Below, piece after piece: positions 1-11,647 of a DNA stretch of 64,000 nt (position 1 is its first letter; every line of letters starts with the position of its first letter). The position numbers were made by a program, and so were the translations under genes. The notes beneath the pieces were generated by a model. That model did no database searches, had not been told where the DNA came from, and saw only the letters and a list, made by a program, of their open reading frames with translations. The DNA lies in contig NC_058383.1 of NCBI RefSeq assembly GCF_018350175.1, positions 11,782,001-11,846,000 of the forward strand, in the 5' to 3' direction. This DNA comes from Felis catus. Taxonomy: Eukaryota.

Positions 1-655
1 GTCGGAAGTCTGACACAGGCTAACATCAAGGTGTCGGAGAGCCTGGGTGGCTCAGTTGGTTAAGTGTCTCAGTGTCGGCATCAAGGTGTCGGAGAGCCTG
101 GGTGGCTCAGTTGGTTAAGTGTCTCAGTGTCGGCTCAGGTCATGATCTCATGGTTCATGGGTTCGAGTCCCTCATCGGGCTCTGTGCTGACAGCGCAGAG
201 CCTGCTTGGGATTCTCTCTCTTTCTCCACGCGCCCCCCCATCCCTCCCCGACTCACGCTGTGTCTGTCTCTCTCAAAATAAATAAAATTTAAAAAAACAG
301 GGTGTCAACTGGGCCATGTTCCTTTGTGAGGGCTTCAGGAGAGACTCTGTTTCCTCGCCTTTTCCAGCTTCTGGAAGCCACCGTGTGTCCCGGCTCATGG
401 CCCTCGTCCTCCGTCCTCAGAGCCAGCAATGTTGTACCCCCGCTGAACATTCTCTCGTAGCCACACCTCCGTTTCTGACTCTGACTCGAGCTGGGAACAT
501 TTCTTTAAAGGTGGTTAGGCTGAGTCATCTGGAGAAATCCAGAATACCCTCCCCATCTTAAGGTCCTTAACCAGAAGCACATCAGCAAAACCCCTTTTTC
601 CACGTAAGATAGAATAACAGCAGAAAAGGGAGATGTAATCTTTTAGGTGCAGGTT
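1..655 (-). mobile_element. MLT1 (MaLR) solo LTR fragment interrupted by a SINE
   Basis: Antisense MLT1 hallmarks: catcaaggtgtc...gttcctttgtgagggc, ccttttccagcttctggaagcc, atccagaataccctccccatcttaaggtccttaa. Confidence 0.75.
36..297 (+). mobile_element. Can-SINE with duplicated 5' end
   Basis: tRNA-like head (ggtggctcagttgg; ggttcgagtcc), CT tract, AATAAA/poly-A tail. Confidence 0.93.
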
Positions 656-870
656 GGGGAACGAAGGGCAATTTCTCGATAACGCGGATGTCCGTGGGAC
701 CTCATTTATAATTCGATTGTTGATGACGTCTGCCAACATCTGAGCTGTACTGAAAATAGAGCCCTTTGCAAGAGATCAAAAAAGACTTTTTGGTGGGGGG
801 GGGCGGTTGGAAATGAAATGAAAAGGGTTGAGGACAGCAGTCTGTCCTTTTGGCATTAAGAACAGCTGTT

Positions 871-1092
871 GGGGCGCCTGGGTGGCGCAGTCGGTTAAGC
901 GTCCGACTCCAGCCAGGTCACGATCTCGCGGTCCGTGAGTTCGAGCCCCGCGTCGGGCTCTGGGCTGATGGCTCGGAGCCTGGAGCCTGGTTCCGATTCT
1001 GTGTCTCCCTCTCTCTCTGCCCCTCCCCCGTTCATGCTCTGTCTCTCTCTGTCCCAAAAATAAATAAACGTTGAAAAAAAAAATTTAAAAAA
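871..1092 (+). mobile_element. young felid Can-SINE (SINEC_Fc-type)
   Basis: ggggcgcctgggtggcgcagtcggttaagcgtccgact...tcccaaaaataaataaacgttgaaaa; TSD aagaacagctg at 858-868 and 1093-1103. Confidence 0.95.
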
Positions 1093-1110
1093 AAGAACAG
1101 CTGAAGTGTT

Positions 1111-1292
1111 GGGTCACCTGGGTGGCTCAGTCAGTTGAGCAGCCGACTCTCGATTTCAGCTGCGGTCGCGATCGTGGGATTGAACGCCGTGTCGGGCTCC
1201 GTGCTGAGTATGCGGTCTGCTTAAGATTCTGTCTCTCTCCCTCTGCCACTCTCCCCCCTCTCACGCTCTCCCTCCCTCTAAATAAAAAAAAT
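1111..1292 (+). mobile_element. older Can-SINE
   Basis: Head gggtcacctgggtggctcagtcag, CT tract, A tail; degenerate TSD aacagctgaagtgt / aatagttgaagtgt. Confidence 0.9.
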
Positions 1293-1589
1293 AGTTGAAG
1301 TGTATATATGTATATATACCACATCTTCTCGATCATCTATCTATCTATCTATCTACCTACCTACCTAGGTGGCTTCCAAATACTTGAATAAAAAGGAAAA
1401 ATAAAAGAGAGTAGTTAAAGAAATTCCCAGTAGAATTTAAACGCTGCATTTTTTTCTTCCAAATCACTGACAGAGACAAAACCCAGCATTCCCCACACAT
1501 CAGAGGGCAACATTAGAAAGGGCTCACCAAGAGAGCATAAAGAGAACACGTTAAAAAGCGGGACAGAGGTTGGGTAAAGTGAAGCCGTT

Positions 1590-1860
1590 ACGGCAAACAC
1601 AAAACTAACAGTGTAAATTCCACCGCCAAACAGACAAGAGTCTCAGACTAGGGGAATATATTTGTTTAAAGGATTGCTGTGCTTGAAACATATACCTCAA
1701 GAGAAATGACTTCCCGAGTCTAAAAAACAAAGTCGAGAACAGTAATCTTAATGGAAACAGGGAAGGTGACTGCCGGTGGGAGGGACAGTAACAGGAGCAT
1801 TTAAGGCATAACCTGTTGGCCGTGATAAGCAGGAAAATCACTTCTATGAAAATGTATGAT
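1590..1860 (+). mobile_element. ancient L1 ORF2 endonuclease-region fragment
   Basis: Weak resemblance to the start of ORF2 (NGLNSPIKR..L.DW and CCLQETHL-like DNA); heavily decayed. Confidence 0.4.
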
Positions 1861-2016
1861 CAATACTAAGGTCTCAAGGTTTCCCACACAGATCTATGCC
1901 CCCCCCCCCCCCATATGCCACACATGCTTCAACATACTTCCAAAGTGACAAATGACTCAGGATGGGCTGTGGATCTGGGCGGGTGGAGAAGTTTGTTAAA
2001 AATAAAGGCAGTTTTC

Positions 2017-2243
2017 AGGTCGCTTGGGGGGCTCAGTCGGTGAAGTGTCCTGCTCTTGACTTCGGCGCGGGTCATGATCTCACAGTTCGTGGGATCAAGC
2101 CCCGGGTTGGGCTCTATGCTGGCAGCATGGAGCCTGCTTGGGATTCTCTCTCCCTCTCCCTCTCTCTCTGCCACTCCCCTGCTCCGGCTCTCTTTCTCTC
2201 TCTCTCTCTCTCAAAATAAATAAGTAAAACATTTTTAAAAAAA
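2017..2243 (+). mobile_element. Can-SINE
   Basis: SINE body, (CT)n, A tail, degenerate TSD aaggcagttttc / aagcaattttc. Confidence 0.92.
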
Positions 2244-2621
2244 TCAAGCAATTTTCGTATCTTCCTTGGTTTGTGCTTTCTGCCAGGCTCACTGAGTCTC
2301 AGTCCCCCAGGATGGCATGGAGAGCTTATACACACACAAGTGTATGCACGTACGTACGTGTATATGAACACATGTATACACGTATATGTAGGTATCACAT
2401 ATCTGTCTGTCTAACTTATTCTTTACAGCTAGCCTCTGTGACTTTTTTTCCTTACTGCTCCCAACATCACTCCCAACACCTTCCAGAAGAGACTTTGAGA
2501 TCCAGAGAACCTACATAGCTCGCTCCATTTTCCTCCTTAGAGTCTAACCTACCAGAACCCTAGGACCACATCTCTTGTAACTATCTTCTCCGGAGTGCTT
2601 AGCACAATACCTGCTTATTAA

Positions 2622-2655
2622 TTTTTTTTTAGTGTTCATTTATTTTTGAGAGAGA

Positions 2656-2712
<57 letters not shown>

Positions 2713-2870
2713 GGGGAGGGGCAGAGAGAGAGGGAGACACAGAATCCGAAGCAGGCTCCAGGCTCCGAGCTGTCAGCACAGAGCCCGATGCGGGGCTCGA
2801 AATCATGAACCATGAGATCTAGACCTGAGCCGAAGTTGGACGCTCAACTGACGGAGCCCCCAGGCACCCC
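2622..2870 (-). mobile_element. Can-SINE with (GA)n expansion
   Basis: Antisense SINE; TSD caatacctgcttattaa / caatgcctgcttgttaa. Confidence 0.93.
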
Positions 2871-3039
2871 CAATGCCTGCTTGTTAAATGAACGAACACC
2901 CTTGTTAAATAAATAAGCAAGTGCCTATGGTTGCTCCCATCTGTCTCTCACGCCTATTTCCAAGTATTTCCTGCCTTCTTTGGGGTCCACGCATGAAATA
3001 TCAGGGTTGACTTTCTGGGAAACCACCACATATTCCACA

Positions 3040-4340
3040 TAAGGAATAATTCAGAAGTGTGACCGAACGAGAAACTGTCAGTCTGACTCTGGGTTAACCA
3101 GGGTTCCTAATTAAGCCACGAGGTACAGTGCTTACAGCTAAATACAGTGTGGGTTCCGTGATAACTCGGCTAATAGTCCTCGGCCTCTGTTATCTCCTTC
3201 CCTGGCATTTCGCTGATGAGTATAGGGATCCCTGTGGCATCATGGCTCCCATCTCTTTAATGAGGCTTTAAGAAACCCGGGGAAGTGGGGGCACCTGGGT
3301 GGCTCATTCTGTTGGGCGTCCCACTTCGGTTCAGGTCACAATCTCACAGTCTGTGAGTTCGAGCCCCGCGTCGGGCTCTGTGCTGACAGCTCAGAGCCTG
3401 AAGCCTGTTTTGGATTCTGTGTCTCCCTCTTTCTCTGCCCCTCCCCCGCTCATGCTCTGTCTCTCTCTCTCTCTCTCTCTGTCAAAAATAAATACACATA
3501 AAAAAAATTAAAAAAAAAAAAAAAGAAACCCGGAGAAGTTATATCGACAGCTAAAGTTGGCTTTCCTGCATACATACTTTGTAAAGGGTTCTCCTTCCTG
3601 AAGTGAGGTAAACGGCAGTTGAGAAACGGTGGGGCTGGATTTCATGGGAGTTGACCGGGCCACATGATGGGGTTGATTTTCCAAGTAACAAAGGAGTATT
3701 ATTAAAAGCAGTTTCTGTCTTTCCTGATTGGATGGGTTCCTTTTTTTTCTAATAAAGACTGGAGTGCAATGGGAGAGCTTGACCTTCATAGTCATGGACC
3801 CGGGTGATAATCCTCACACGTTCAAGGATCACTAAGCCACGGCTATGTTAGGCCAGGTAGAGAGGTTAAAGCAATGATAGAAAAGCTTAGAGAACATTCC
3901 AGCACCACGTGGAAAGTGCTGAGAGGAGAACTGTGGAGGAGAACGTGTAACCCCGATGGGCCGGACACTTGTCTGTCGGCAGTGTCTGTCTGTCAACGCC
4001 TTCCATGCTCTCCTGGGTAGGGCAGGTGCCGAGAGCTGGGCACCTGTTTCCTCCAGTTCCTTGCCAGCAGGATTCTGGCTTACATTGTGTTCCCAGAGCT
4101 TTCCTGCAAGATTTGGAGGAAGGAAGAGAAGTGGAAGCCATTTTCACAGCAGTGGGTACGACCGCGGGTTTAGGTGACAAGCAATCTCTCACGGTAACAC
4201 CTGTTGGTGGTCCCTCCAAGAGCTTGGCAGCAGCTGTGGGTCCTGACCTAAGAGATAGTTGGTACTACGCTTTCTCTTCGGAAGGGGATGGTGGACCTTA
4301 CAGGTGGAAACGGTCTATTGTGCCTTTTCTCCTTTAGTGC
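3040..4340 (+). mobile_element. decayed Ty3/Gypsy LTR-retrotransposon pol fragment (RNase H-integrase), MamGypsy-like
   Basis: Colinear motifs by hand translation: SVTERE (3056-3073), GS*ETVGLDFMG (3614-3649), FSK* and TGVQ in the same frame, GQVERL (3851-3868), MGRTL (3956-), GPSK..AVGP (~4210-4245); many stops and indels. Confidence 0.75.
3287..3522 (+). mobile_element. Can-SINE inserted into the Gypsy fossil
   Basis: 17-bp TSD aagaaacccgg(g/a)gaagt at 3270-3286 and 3523-3539. Confidence 0.95.
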
Positions 4341-5964
4341 GTGATAGTGTTGCTTGGGGCACATTGAGTTTTGGAGATTCTGATAAACACAACTCCCTTG
4401 GCCCCCCCCGTTGCCCACCTAATTCCACTGAAGGCAGAAGTAACCCCATGCTGCCCCCCCCCTGCCCCGTTTAAAGACCTTGCAATGACTTTACCTTGAC
4501 GAGAGCCATTCTCAAGAACCACCCTGGCTACCCCCTCATCGCCTCCAGACCCATAACTGGGTGAGATCCCAGCATCGCCCAGAGAGATCTCTACAGGTTC
4601 TCACCTGGGCGGAGCCAGTTTACACACCAAAACTAACAATGATATTTTGTTAGCATTGGTAGAAGCCCAAGGAATAGGAGTGGGGGTGGGAGCCTGAGAA
4701 GCGTAGATCTGGAAAGTATCTATCGGAAACCTGGGAGCATTTTTCTTTGGGGAGGAGACTCCTGGCAATTCCCTTCTAAATGCTCTATGCGAGTGGGTGA
4801 CAAGGGTAAATAGAGGCGGGACCACCTTGTGGGAGGGCAAGTCTGTCACCCCATCAGAGAGAGAACCATGGCTACGAAGGGATCAGAGAGCACGCGGGTG
4901 AAGACGGAAGTTCTGGACACCAAGTGTCACATCCGAGGCTGTTTGTCAACAAGCAAACCAACACACGTAAAGCACACGCGCAAGTTCCTCCAGGTTTTTC
5001 TGGTTAAATATTTGCTTATAATTGCCTTGTAACTCATCCTCTTATCTTACCACCTTATGTAAGGCACACTGGTGGTAATTATGTGAAATAGATACTCTCT
5101 AGGGTACAAGTTGCTGAAGAATGAGTAGAAGGAGAACCAACATCAGCCAGAGGGTAGATACAGCGTCCGGTGGGACCAGAGCCTTCCCATTGGAGCAGAG
5201 AGGGAGTAGGTCTTTGGTTGCACCGCGCGGAGCTCTCTCGTGTTAGATTCTTGCCTTCCTCGTGCCTGGAAGTTAAATATTGGAAATGTACGTACAGGTA
5301 AGGCGTCAAAGGGACAAGACCGTGCCAGATGTTGCCGCACCGGAATTCTGCACCGTTCTGACTCCCTCCTGTGCTCTCCCTATAGAACAGGTGAGGAAAC
5401 CAGGAAGGGCACCTCCCAGGATCCCTGGTCAGAACCTGGTTTACACTCCACTAAAGGCAGCTTTAAAGACAGAAGTGAAGCAGAAGGCCACTCCTGTTCC
5501 TTGGACAGTAGCGAGCCGACGTTTGGGCTTTGGTACACATGGCACGAAGCTTTACGCCAACGTCTGGACAGGCTCTTATGACTCACCTGCCCCTGTGGCA
5601 CAGACAAGCGTGGACGTCAGTTTGGGGGCCTGTGTTCTCCTGACGTGGGCGGTCAGCTTCCCGCAAAGCTAGTGGTAACCTTGAGATCTGGTCGTGGACT
5701 TCCCTGACTTTTCCCTGACTCTTGTCTTCCTAGAGTTTCGTCAACCCTGCTCTCCTGGGTGAAGTCTCTTTATCTTACAAATACCTTTCAGCGCCCTAAC
5801 CTCGTTGGATACACCGGTTTAGGAGATCCAGCAAAGTGATGGGAAGTGCAAGGGGAACATGGAATGATAGGTTCTACAAAGCCTGAATAGGAGAGTTTGG
5901 GGGAAGGAAGGGAAGGTAGCAGTGGGCACCGGGCTTACCGTACCCCGTCATCATTCTAGTTCCT

Positions 5965-6325
5965 CCCTACAGTAAGAGCTTGGGCTCTAGAGGATAGATT
6001 TTGGCCTGGGTTATTCTTAACCTTGTGTGGTTATGGATAAAAAAAAAAAATCTATTTATAGAGGCCTCGGTCTCCTAATAATGTGTGACTAATAAATTCC
6101 TAGGCCATCGCTCTATTGAAACTATGAAAGGCAATCAACATAAGGGCTCAATACGCTGAGGGCAAAGTACATTGTGAGTGTGGAGAGCTTCTATTATTTC
6201 ATCCTCTTGTATGTGAGGAAATGGAGCCTCAGAAAGAACAAATGTACCAGCAGGCAGAGCGATTAGGATCGGATAGAGCCAGAACTCCAAAATCTGGGCT
6301 AATTCCTCTGTATAATACAACTATC
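5965..6325. mobile_element. MIR fragments
   Basis: agagcttgggctctag...gcctcggtctcct and atgtgaggaaatggagcctcagaaag resemble the MIR core in both orientations. Confidence 0.45.
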
Positions 6326-6359
6326 CCCATAGGAAAGAGGCGATAAATAAAGGACAGGT

Positions 6360-6750
6360 TCAGAGACCGGATGTTTTGTTGAGGTTCCAAGCAACCCCCC
6401 ACATCTCACGGCTTATAAGGGTGAGTGTGTGTCAGGGGTCTGGAGGTTGTCTGTGGCTCTGTTGGCCGGGCACCGTGTTGTTTTGTTGTTGTTTTAATCT
6501 GACATCTCCAGGGCTGAAGGGGCAGTGATTCTCGAGTGCCGAATCTCAAGAATCCTGGGAGAAATGTGCAATGCCTCTTGAAACCCCTCCTTGGAACCTC
6601 CACGCGGTCGCTTCTGCCTATATTCCTTTGGCCAAAGCAAGACCGTATGCCCAAGTCCACATGGGCGGGGAGGGAAAATTAATTTCTCCCACAGGGCTGG
6701 AGGGAAAGGGAGAATGAATATTTGCTGAGCAGTAATTCAGTCCGACCACC
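6360..6750 (-). mobile_element. old MLT1 (H-K type) LTR fragment
   Basis: gcttctgcctatattcctttggccaaagcaag...gaatgaatatttgctgagcagtaattcagtc, typical antisense MLT1 5' end. Confidence 0.6.
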
Positions 6751-6779
6751 ATGTTACAAAGCAGAGTTTTGTAATGATT

Positions 6780-7007
6780 CTTGCCTTCTCCCGAGTTTCC
6801 CTGGGTTTCCTCGTTATGCTGGATTATCTGTTTTTAACTCGGTGTCACCTCGCCGACCTCTTCTAGTCTTTTTTTTTTTTTTTGCATCACGAGGGAAAAA
6901 CACGGAGATAACATTTCTCAGAATGTCTATCTTTATGTGGTTTCAGGTAAGAGACTCCCAAAGGCAGTGCAAACAAGTGAAATTTGGAAGGCAGAAAAGA
7001 GAAGCCA

Positions 7008-7043
<36 letters not shown>

Positions 7044-7345
7044 GATGGCAGTTGCCCGTAGTCACATGAGCAGATGTCCAGTATAAAGTTCCTAGTGCCT
7101 TCTAGGCGAGGTCCTAAAGCTTACCTGTCTCGATATTGTAGGCAGCTAACCCTTTGAGTTTCCTGAGATTTGTGGTGGGTTCCTGGGGAGCTCTTGTTAA
7201 TTACCTCCTTCTCAAAACTTCGCCATCAATCGTTTTTGCACGACTTCCAATGATTATGTAGGCTTTTAGTGCCCTCTGTTAGAGCCTTTTCTCCTTGGCA
7301 TGCCTACAGTGCCTCGTCTTTTCTCAAGGGAATTCTGATTTACAT
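6780..7345 (+). mobile_element. ERVL-class LTR (LTR33-like) with internal (TAT)n
   Basis: acatttctcagaatgtct...atttggaaggcagaaaagagaagccatt and terminal ctgatttaca resemble LTR33. Confidence 0.45.
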
Positions 7346-8419
7346 GTTGTGTATTTTATAAAAATTCTGGCTCTCTTTCCTTGTAATAAAAGTGACCAGG
7401 ATTTGCCACCTCTGTGGTCTGAAGATCAAGGCAATAATCGTCAGCTGGGGTTTGCCCCATGCATTTTGAAACTGAGAACAGACCGCAAAGAAGATCCTAA
7501 TTCAGGTCCATAAGAAATCGACGTCAAAACAGTGTTTTGAGAATTACTAAACATGTACTTGGTAGGGTGAACCTCATATATTTTTCTCTGTGGTTCGTAT
7601 AATGAACCACAGAGAATGAATCGCAAAGGAAGGACCATGGAGCTCCAGTTCACTTCCCATAAGACCCAACCAGCACGGCTGAAGCTCTGATTTTTGTTCA
7701 GAGCTCACGGGTTCACAGGTCCAGCAGTCGTATACTCATCCACACTGCACATCAGCTCCAGACCCTGTCCTTTGCATCTCAGAAGGTTCTAGCGATGGCT
7801 TATACAGAGCTTGCTGTCTGTAACCACCCAGGTTTCTGCTTTGTTTCGGGTTGAAGGGAGCTCAGCTGCAAAGAATGGATGAATCATAATCCCGGATTCA
7901 CATGGCACACTCACCCTCCGTCATTGCCCAGGCCTCTTGTTTAATTATTTATTTGTCAATTAGTGCGTCTTAATAATGCAATCAGCGTCCATGCACCCAT
8001 CGCTCTTAGATCCCGTGGAGGCTTCCTGGCCTTCAATAGGCTCTGCAAAACGCTGGCAGAATTCTAGCAAATACAGCCATGTGGTTTTTCCAGGGTGTCA
8101 CTAACCTCATCACAAGATCTGTACGTTGGGCGGAGTCTGCCATTTTCCTCCTTGTGTGCAAATAAGGAATAGACATCTTAATCCCCTTTTGGCAGAAGAA
8201 TAGTATCCTTCTGGTAGTCCAAACTCTAAATAGACCCGTCCTGGGCAAAAATATAAATGCCCTCACATTTCTGCTAGTCACCTTTAAAGCATCCCCTTGG
8301 CTATACCAGCTTGGGGCATGTCTACATGATCCGTGCGGCACGGGTTAATTTAAGCCTTAGGAAATCTGTGTTGGATTGATGGAGGAAATGAAACTTTACA
8401 AGAAACATTTACTTAAAAA

Positions 8420-8617
8420 ATTTTTTTTAATGTTTCATTTATTTTTAAGACGGAGGGACAGAGCATGAGTGGGAGGGGCAGAGAGAGAGGGAGACACAGA
8501 ATCCGAAGCCAGCTCCAGGCTCCCAGCTGTCAGCACAGAGCCCGATGCGGGGCTCGAACTCACAAACTGTGAGATCGTGACCTGAGCCAAAGTTGGACGC
8601 TTAACCAACTGAGCCAC
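8420..8617 (-). mobile_element. Can-SINE
   Basis: Antisense body, slightly 5'-truncated. Confidence 0.92.
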
Positions 8618-8690
8618 TTTTTAATAGTAGATACTTCCCCAATAATAAAAGGATAAAACACTGAATACTATTTAAATGTTCTTTAAATCA

Positions 8691-8859
8691 GGGGCGCCTG
8701 GGTGGCTCAGTAGGTTGAGCGTCTGACTTTGGCTCAGGTCATGATCTCACAGTTTGTGGGTTCGAGCCCCGCATCAGGCTCTGTGCTGACAGCTCGGAGC
8801 CTGGAACCTGCTTCAGATTCTGTGTCTCCCTCTCTCTCTGCCCCTCCCCCATTCCGCTT

Positions 8860-8902
<43 letters not shown>

Positions 8903-8945
8903 AATAAAATAAATAAATAAATAAATAAATAAAATAAAATAAAAT
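8691..8945 (+). mobile_element. Can-SINE
   Basis: Full head, (CT)n, (TAAA)n tail; TSD aaatgttctttaaat. Confidence 0.95.
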
Positions 8946-9459
8946 AAATGTTCTTTAAATGAGGGCATATTTGTTAACATTTATTTAAAGGAAATTATAT
9001 ATCAAAGGGCCTGGCAAAATATGAATTAAAAAAAACATGCAAACAAACAATTATGTCACTACTTAATTGCAAAATTTCAACTTTTTTAAAGCACAAGTTT
9101 GAACTCATCATTAAATAGAGAAATCTACATTTAAATATGTTGATTCACCTACCAGCAAATTTAGCAAAAAGTGCATTATGTAAACAAGAAAACGACACAA
9201 AACAAAATCTGGGAATTCTAAAATAAGTGGAAAGCAAAGCAAATGAAATAATGGGATCAATTGAAATCTGAATTAAAAAGTACATTTTCTGAAACGATTG
9301 CCCTGTAACCAAAAGGTATTCTCTAACATGCCTAGAAACCAAAATGTTCATTCTTTAAGATTTAATTAATCATTTCTAAAAGAGTTGACTGTTTTCCATT
9401 ACAGAGGGCCAGTTAGTGTGAGAAGTCTCATAACTTACTTTCATTTTAATTCAACATAA

Positions 9460-9560
9460 GATAGATAGTTATATCAATAGATGGATGGACACATCAGTCA
9501 ATAGATCAATGATAGATTCATACATCAGTGATAGATAGATAGACAGATAGATAGATAGAT
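9460..9560. repeat. (GATA)n degenerate microsatellite
   Basis: Direct observation. Confidence 0.85.
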
Positions 9561-10120
9561 TCTCTGTTGGGTGCTGAGCCACTGGAAAGGAGTCTCAGAA
9601 ATCTTGGAAAAGTCTACTCTACTTCTCCCTCAAATCCAGGAGACCTGTCCCAACCCCCAGGGAAAAATAGCCAACCACCTTTTACCATGTCTATGGTAAA
9701 GCAGAAATTTCTCTAGTGGTGAACTGAACCTAAGGAGGATCTCAAAGAAAACCACCCATTTGCCACCAGTACCACAAGTCAAACCCATTCGTGGTTAGGA
9801 GATCTTTGTCCTCACTGATACACCAATACCTTCTCCCGCCACAGCTCAGATTCAGAGATTTATACCTCGCTGCATCCATGAGGTAATTTGGAGTTCACTT
9901 CATCCAGCGAAGGATCACGATCACCTTTACTGAACAAAGTATCGACCCCTTTCCTTTTGTTTTCTCTCACGTTCATGTTTGCGACGTAAGTACTGTCATT
10001 GGACTTTCCCAGATAAGAAAACCCTAAGGATTGGAGATTATGGGACGTGCCTATAGCTACTCAGTGGCTGAATGATGGAGCGAAGACAGTGAACGTGAAA
10101 CTTTCTTTAAAGCCCACATT

Positions 10121-10130
10121 GTGTGTTTGT

Positions 10131-10174
<44 letters not shown>
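10121..10174. repeat. (TG)n microsatellite
   Basis: Direct observation. Confidence 0.95.
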
Positions 10175-10176
<2 letters not shown>

Positions 10177-10687
10177 CACACTAGAGAACCAACCACATTA
10201 TCTTCCCAGATACTCCACTCATCCATGGATGACAGTGGTCACCCTCAGAAGGCAGCCAGACTCTTCCCCCGGCGGGGTGAAATTTTTCGAAGTTTTCCCG
10301 TCACTTTCACCCATTGATTTTGCCTTTAGAAACAAACAAACAAAAAGAGTGTTGCTTTCCTCTGCATGGCAATCCTTCAACTATCTAAAACCCCTCTAGG
10401 GCACTCTGGGTCTGATGTCACCATGGACCCACAAGTGGCCTTCGTTGCCACCATAAAGGCTCTCCTGTGACAGCTGAACAAGTGTAGCCCTGGGGTTGAG
10501 TCAATCATGCCTCCATAGCGTGATTTCCAGAAACATTAAGTTCTTTCTCCAGATGTTGGACACTAGTCAAAGTAGGTGAAAGAATTTCATTTTCAGGTCA
10601 CTCCATGATCAATCCTGGAAAGGCAATGGGGGAGCTTTTCTTATTTTTAACAGTGAGCTATAGAGATGATTGTTGCTATGAGGACAG

Positions 10688-10850
10688 TCCTTCCTCCTTC
10701 CTCCTTCCTGATTCCTCCTTCCTCCTTCCCCCTCTTCTCCTTCTCCTTCTCCTCCTTCCTTTTCTACCCCTTCCCTTTCCCCTTCCCCTTCTCCTTATCC
10801 TTCTCATTCTAATTCTTCTACTTCTTTCTACTATTACTATTATTTTTCCA
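10688..10850. repeat. CT-rich low-complexity tract
   Basis: Degenerate (CCT/CTT)n. Confidence 0.9.
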
Positions 10851-10977
10851 TTAAAGTGAAACCTAAGGCAACAAAACACCTTTGCTCATTTGTTACCATT
10901 ATTTTGTTCACTGTGTCGGGTTTGCTCACTGATGTATCCGTCATCAGTCAGACTTCTCCAAAGGAACAGAATACACA

Positions 10978-11317
10978 CAATTGACCCTTGAACAACACAA
11001 GGGCACTGACTCCCCCTGCACAGTTGAAAATCTGCGTATAACTTTTGATCCCCCCAACTTAACCACTCATAGCTTACTGTTTACCAGAAGCGTTACTGAT
11101 ACCATAAACAGACAATGAGCACGTATTTCGTATATGTATTACATACCATATTCTTACAACAAAGTAGGCTAGAGAAAAGAAAATGTTATTAAGACAATTA
11201 TAAGGAAAAGAAAATACATGTAAAACACTGTACTTATTTATGTATACATTTATTTATGTATGTATACATGTAAGTGGACCCCCACAGTTCAACCCCGTGT
11301 TGTTCAAGGGTCAACTG
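10978..11317. mobile_element. Tigger2-family (TcMar) non-autonomous DNA transposon
   Basis: Terminal inverted repeats caattgacccttgaacaacac ... gtgttgttcaagggtcaactg. Confidence 0.85.
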
Positions 11318-11318
11318 C

Positions 11319-11373
<55 letters not shown>

Positions 11374-11446
11374 TATATGTATGGATATATCCATATCCAT
11401 ATCCATATCCATATATACCCTATATATCCACATATTCTATTCTATT

Positions 11447-11647
11447 CCTTTTTTTGAGGGATAGAGAGAGTGTGCACCTGCCTACATGCATGAGCAGGGT
11501 GGGGCAGAAGGAGAGGGAGAGAATCCCAAGCAGGCTCCATACCCAGCAAAAAGCTCAAAGCAGGGCTTGATCTCGTGACCATGAGATCACGACTTGAGCC
11601 GAAATCAAGAGTCAGATGCTCAGCCGACTGAGCCACCCAGGCACCCC
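11447..11647 (-). mobile_element. Can-SINE
   Basis: Antisense SINE body ending gccacccaggcaccc. Confidence 0.9.

Noticed and set aside
871..950. tRNA-like sequences with A and B boxes
   Set aside because: tRNA-derived SINE heads, not tRNA genes
776..1074. Recurrent ORFs such as GAPGWRSRLSVRLQPGHDL and MAQSVKRPTSAQV throughout the window
   Set aside because: All are Can-SINE translations, not a gene family
3040..4340. Domesticated Gypsy-derived gene (GIN1/RTL-like)
   Set aside because: Multiple in-frame stops, deletions and a SINE insertion; not coding
10676..10879. Arg-rich protamine-like ORF
   Set aside because: Translation of a CT-rich simple repeat
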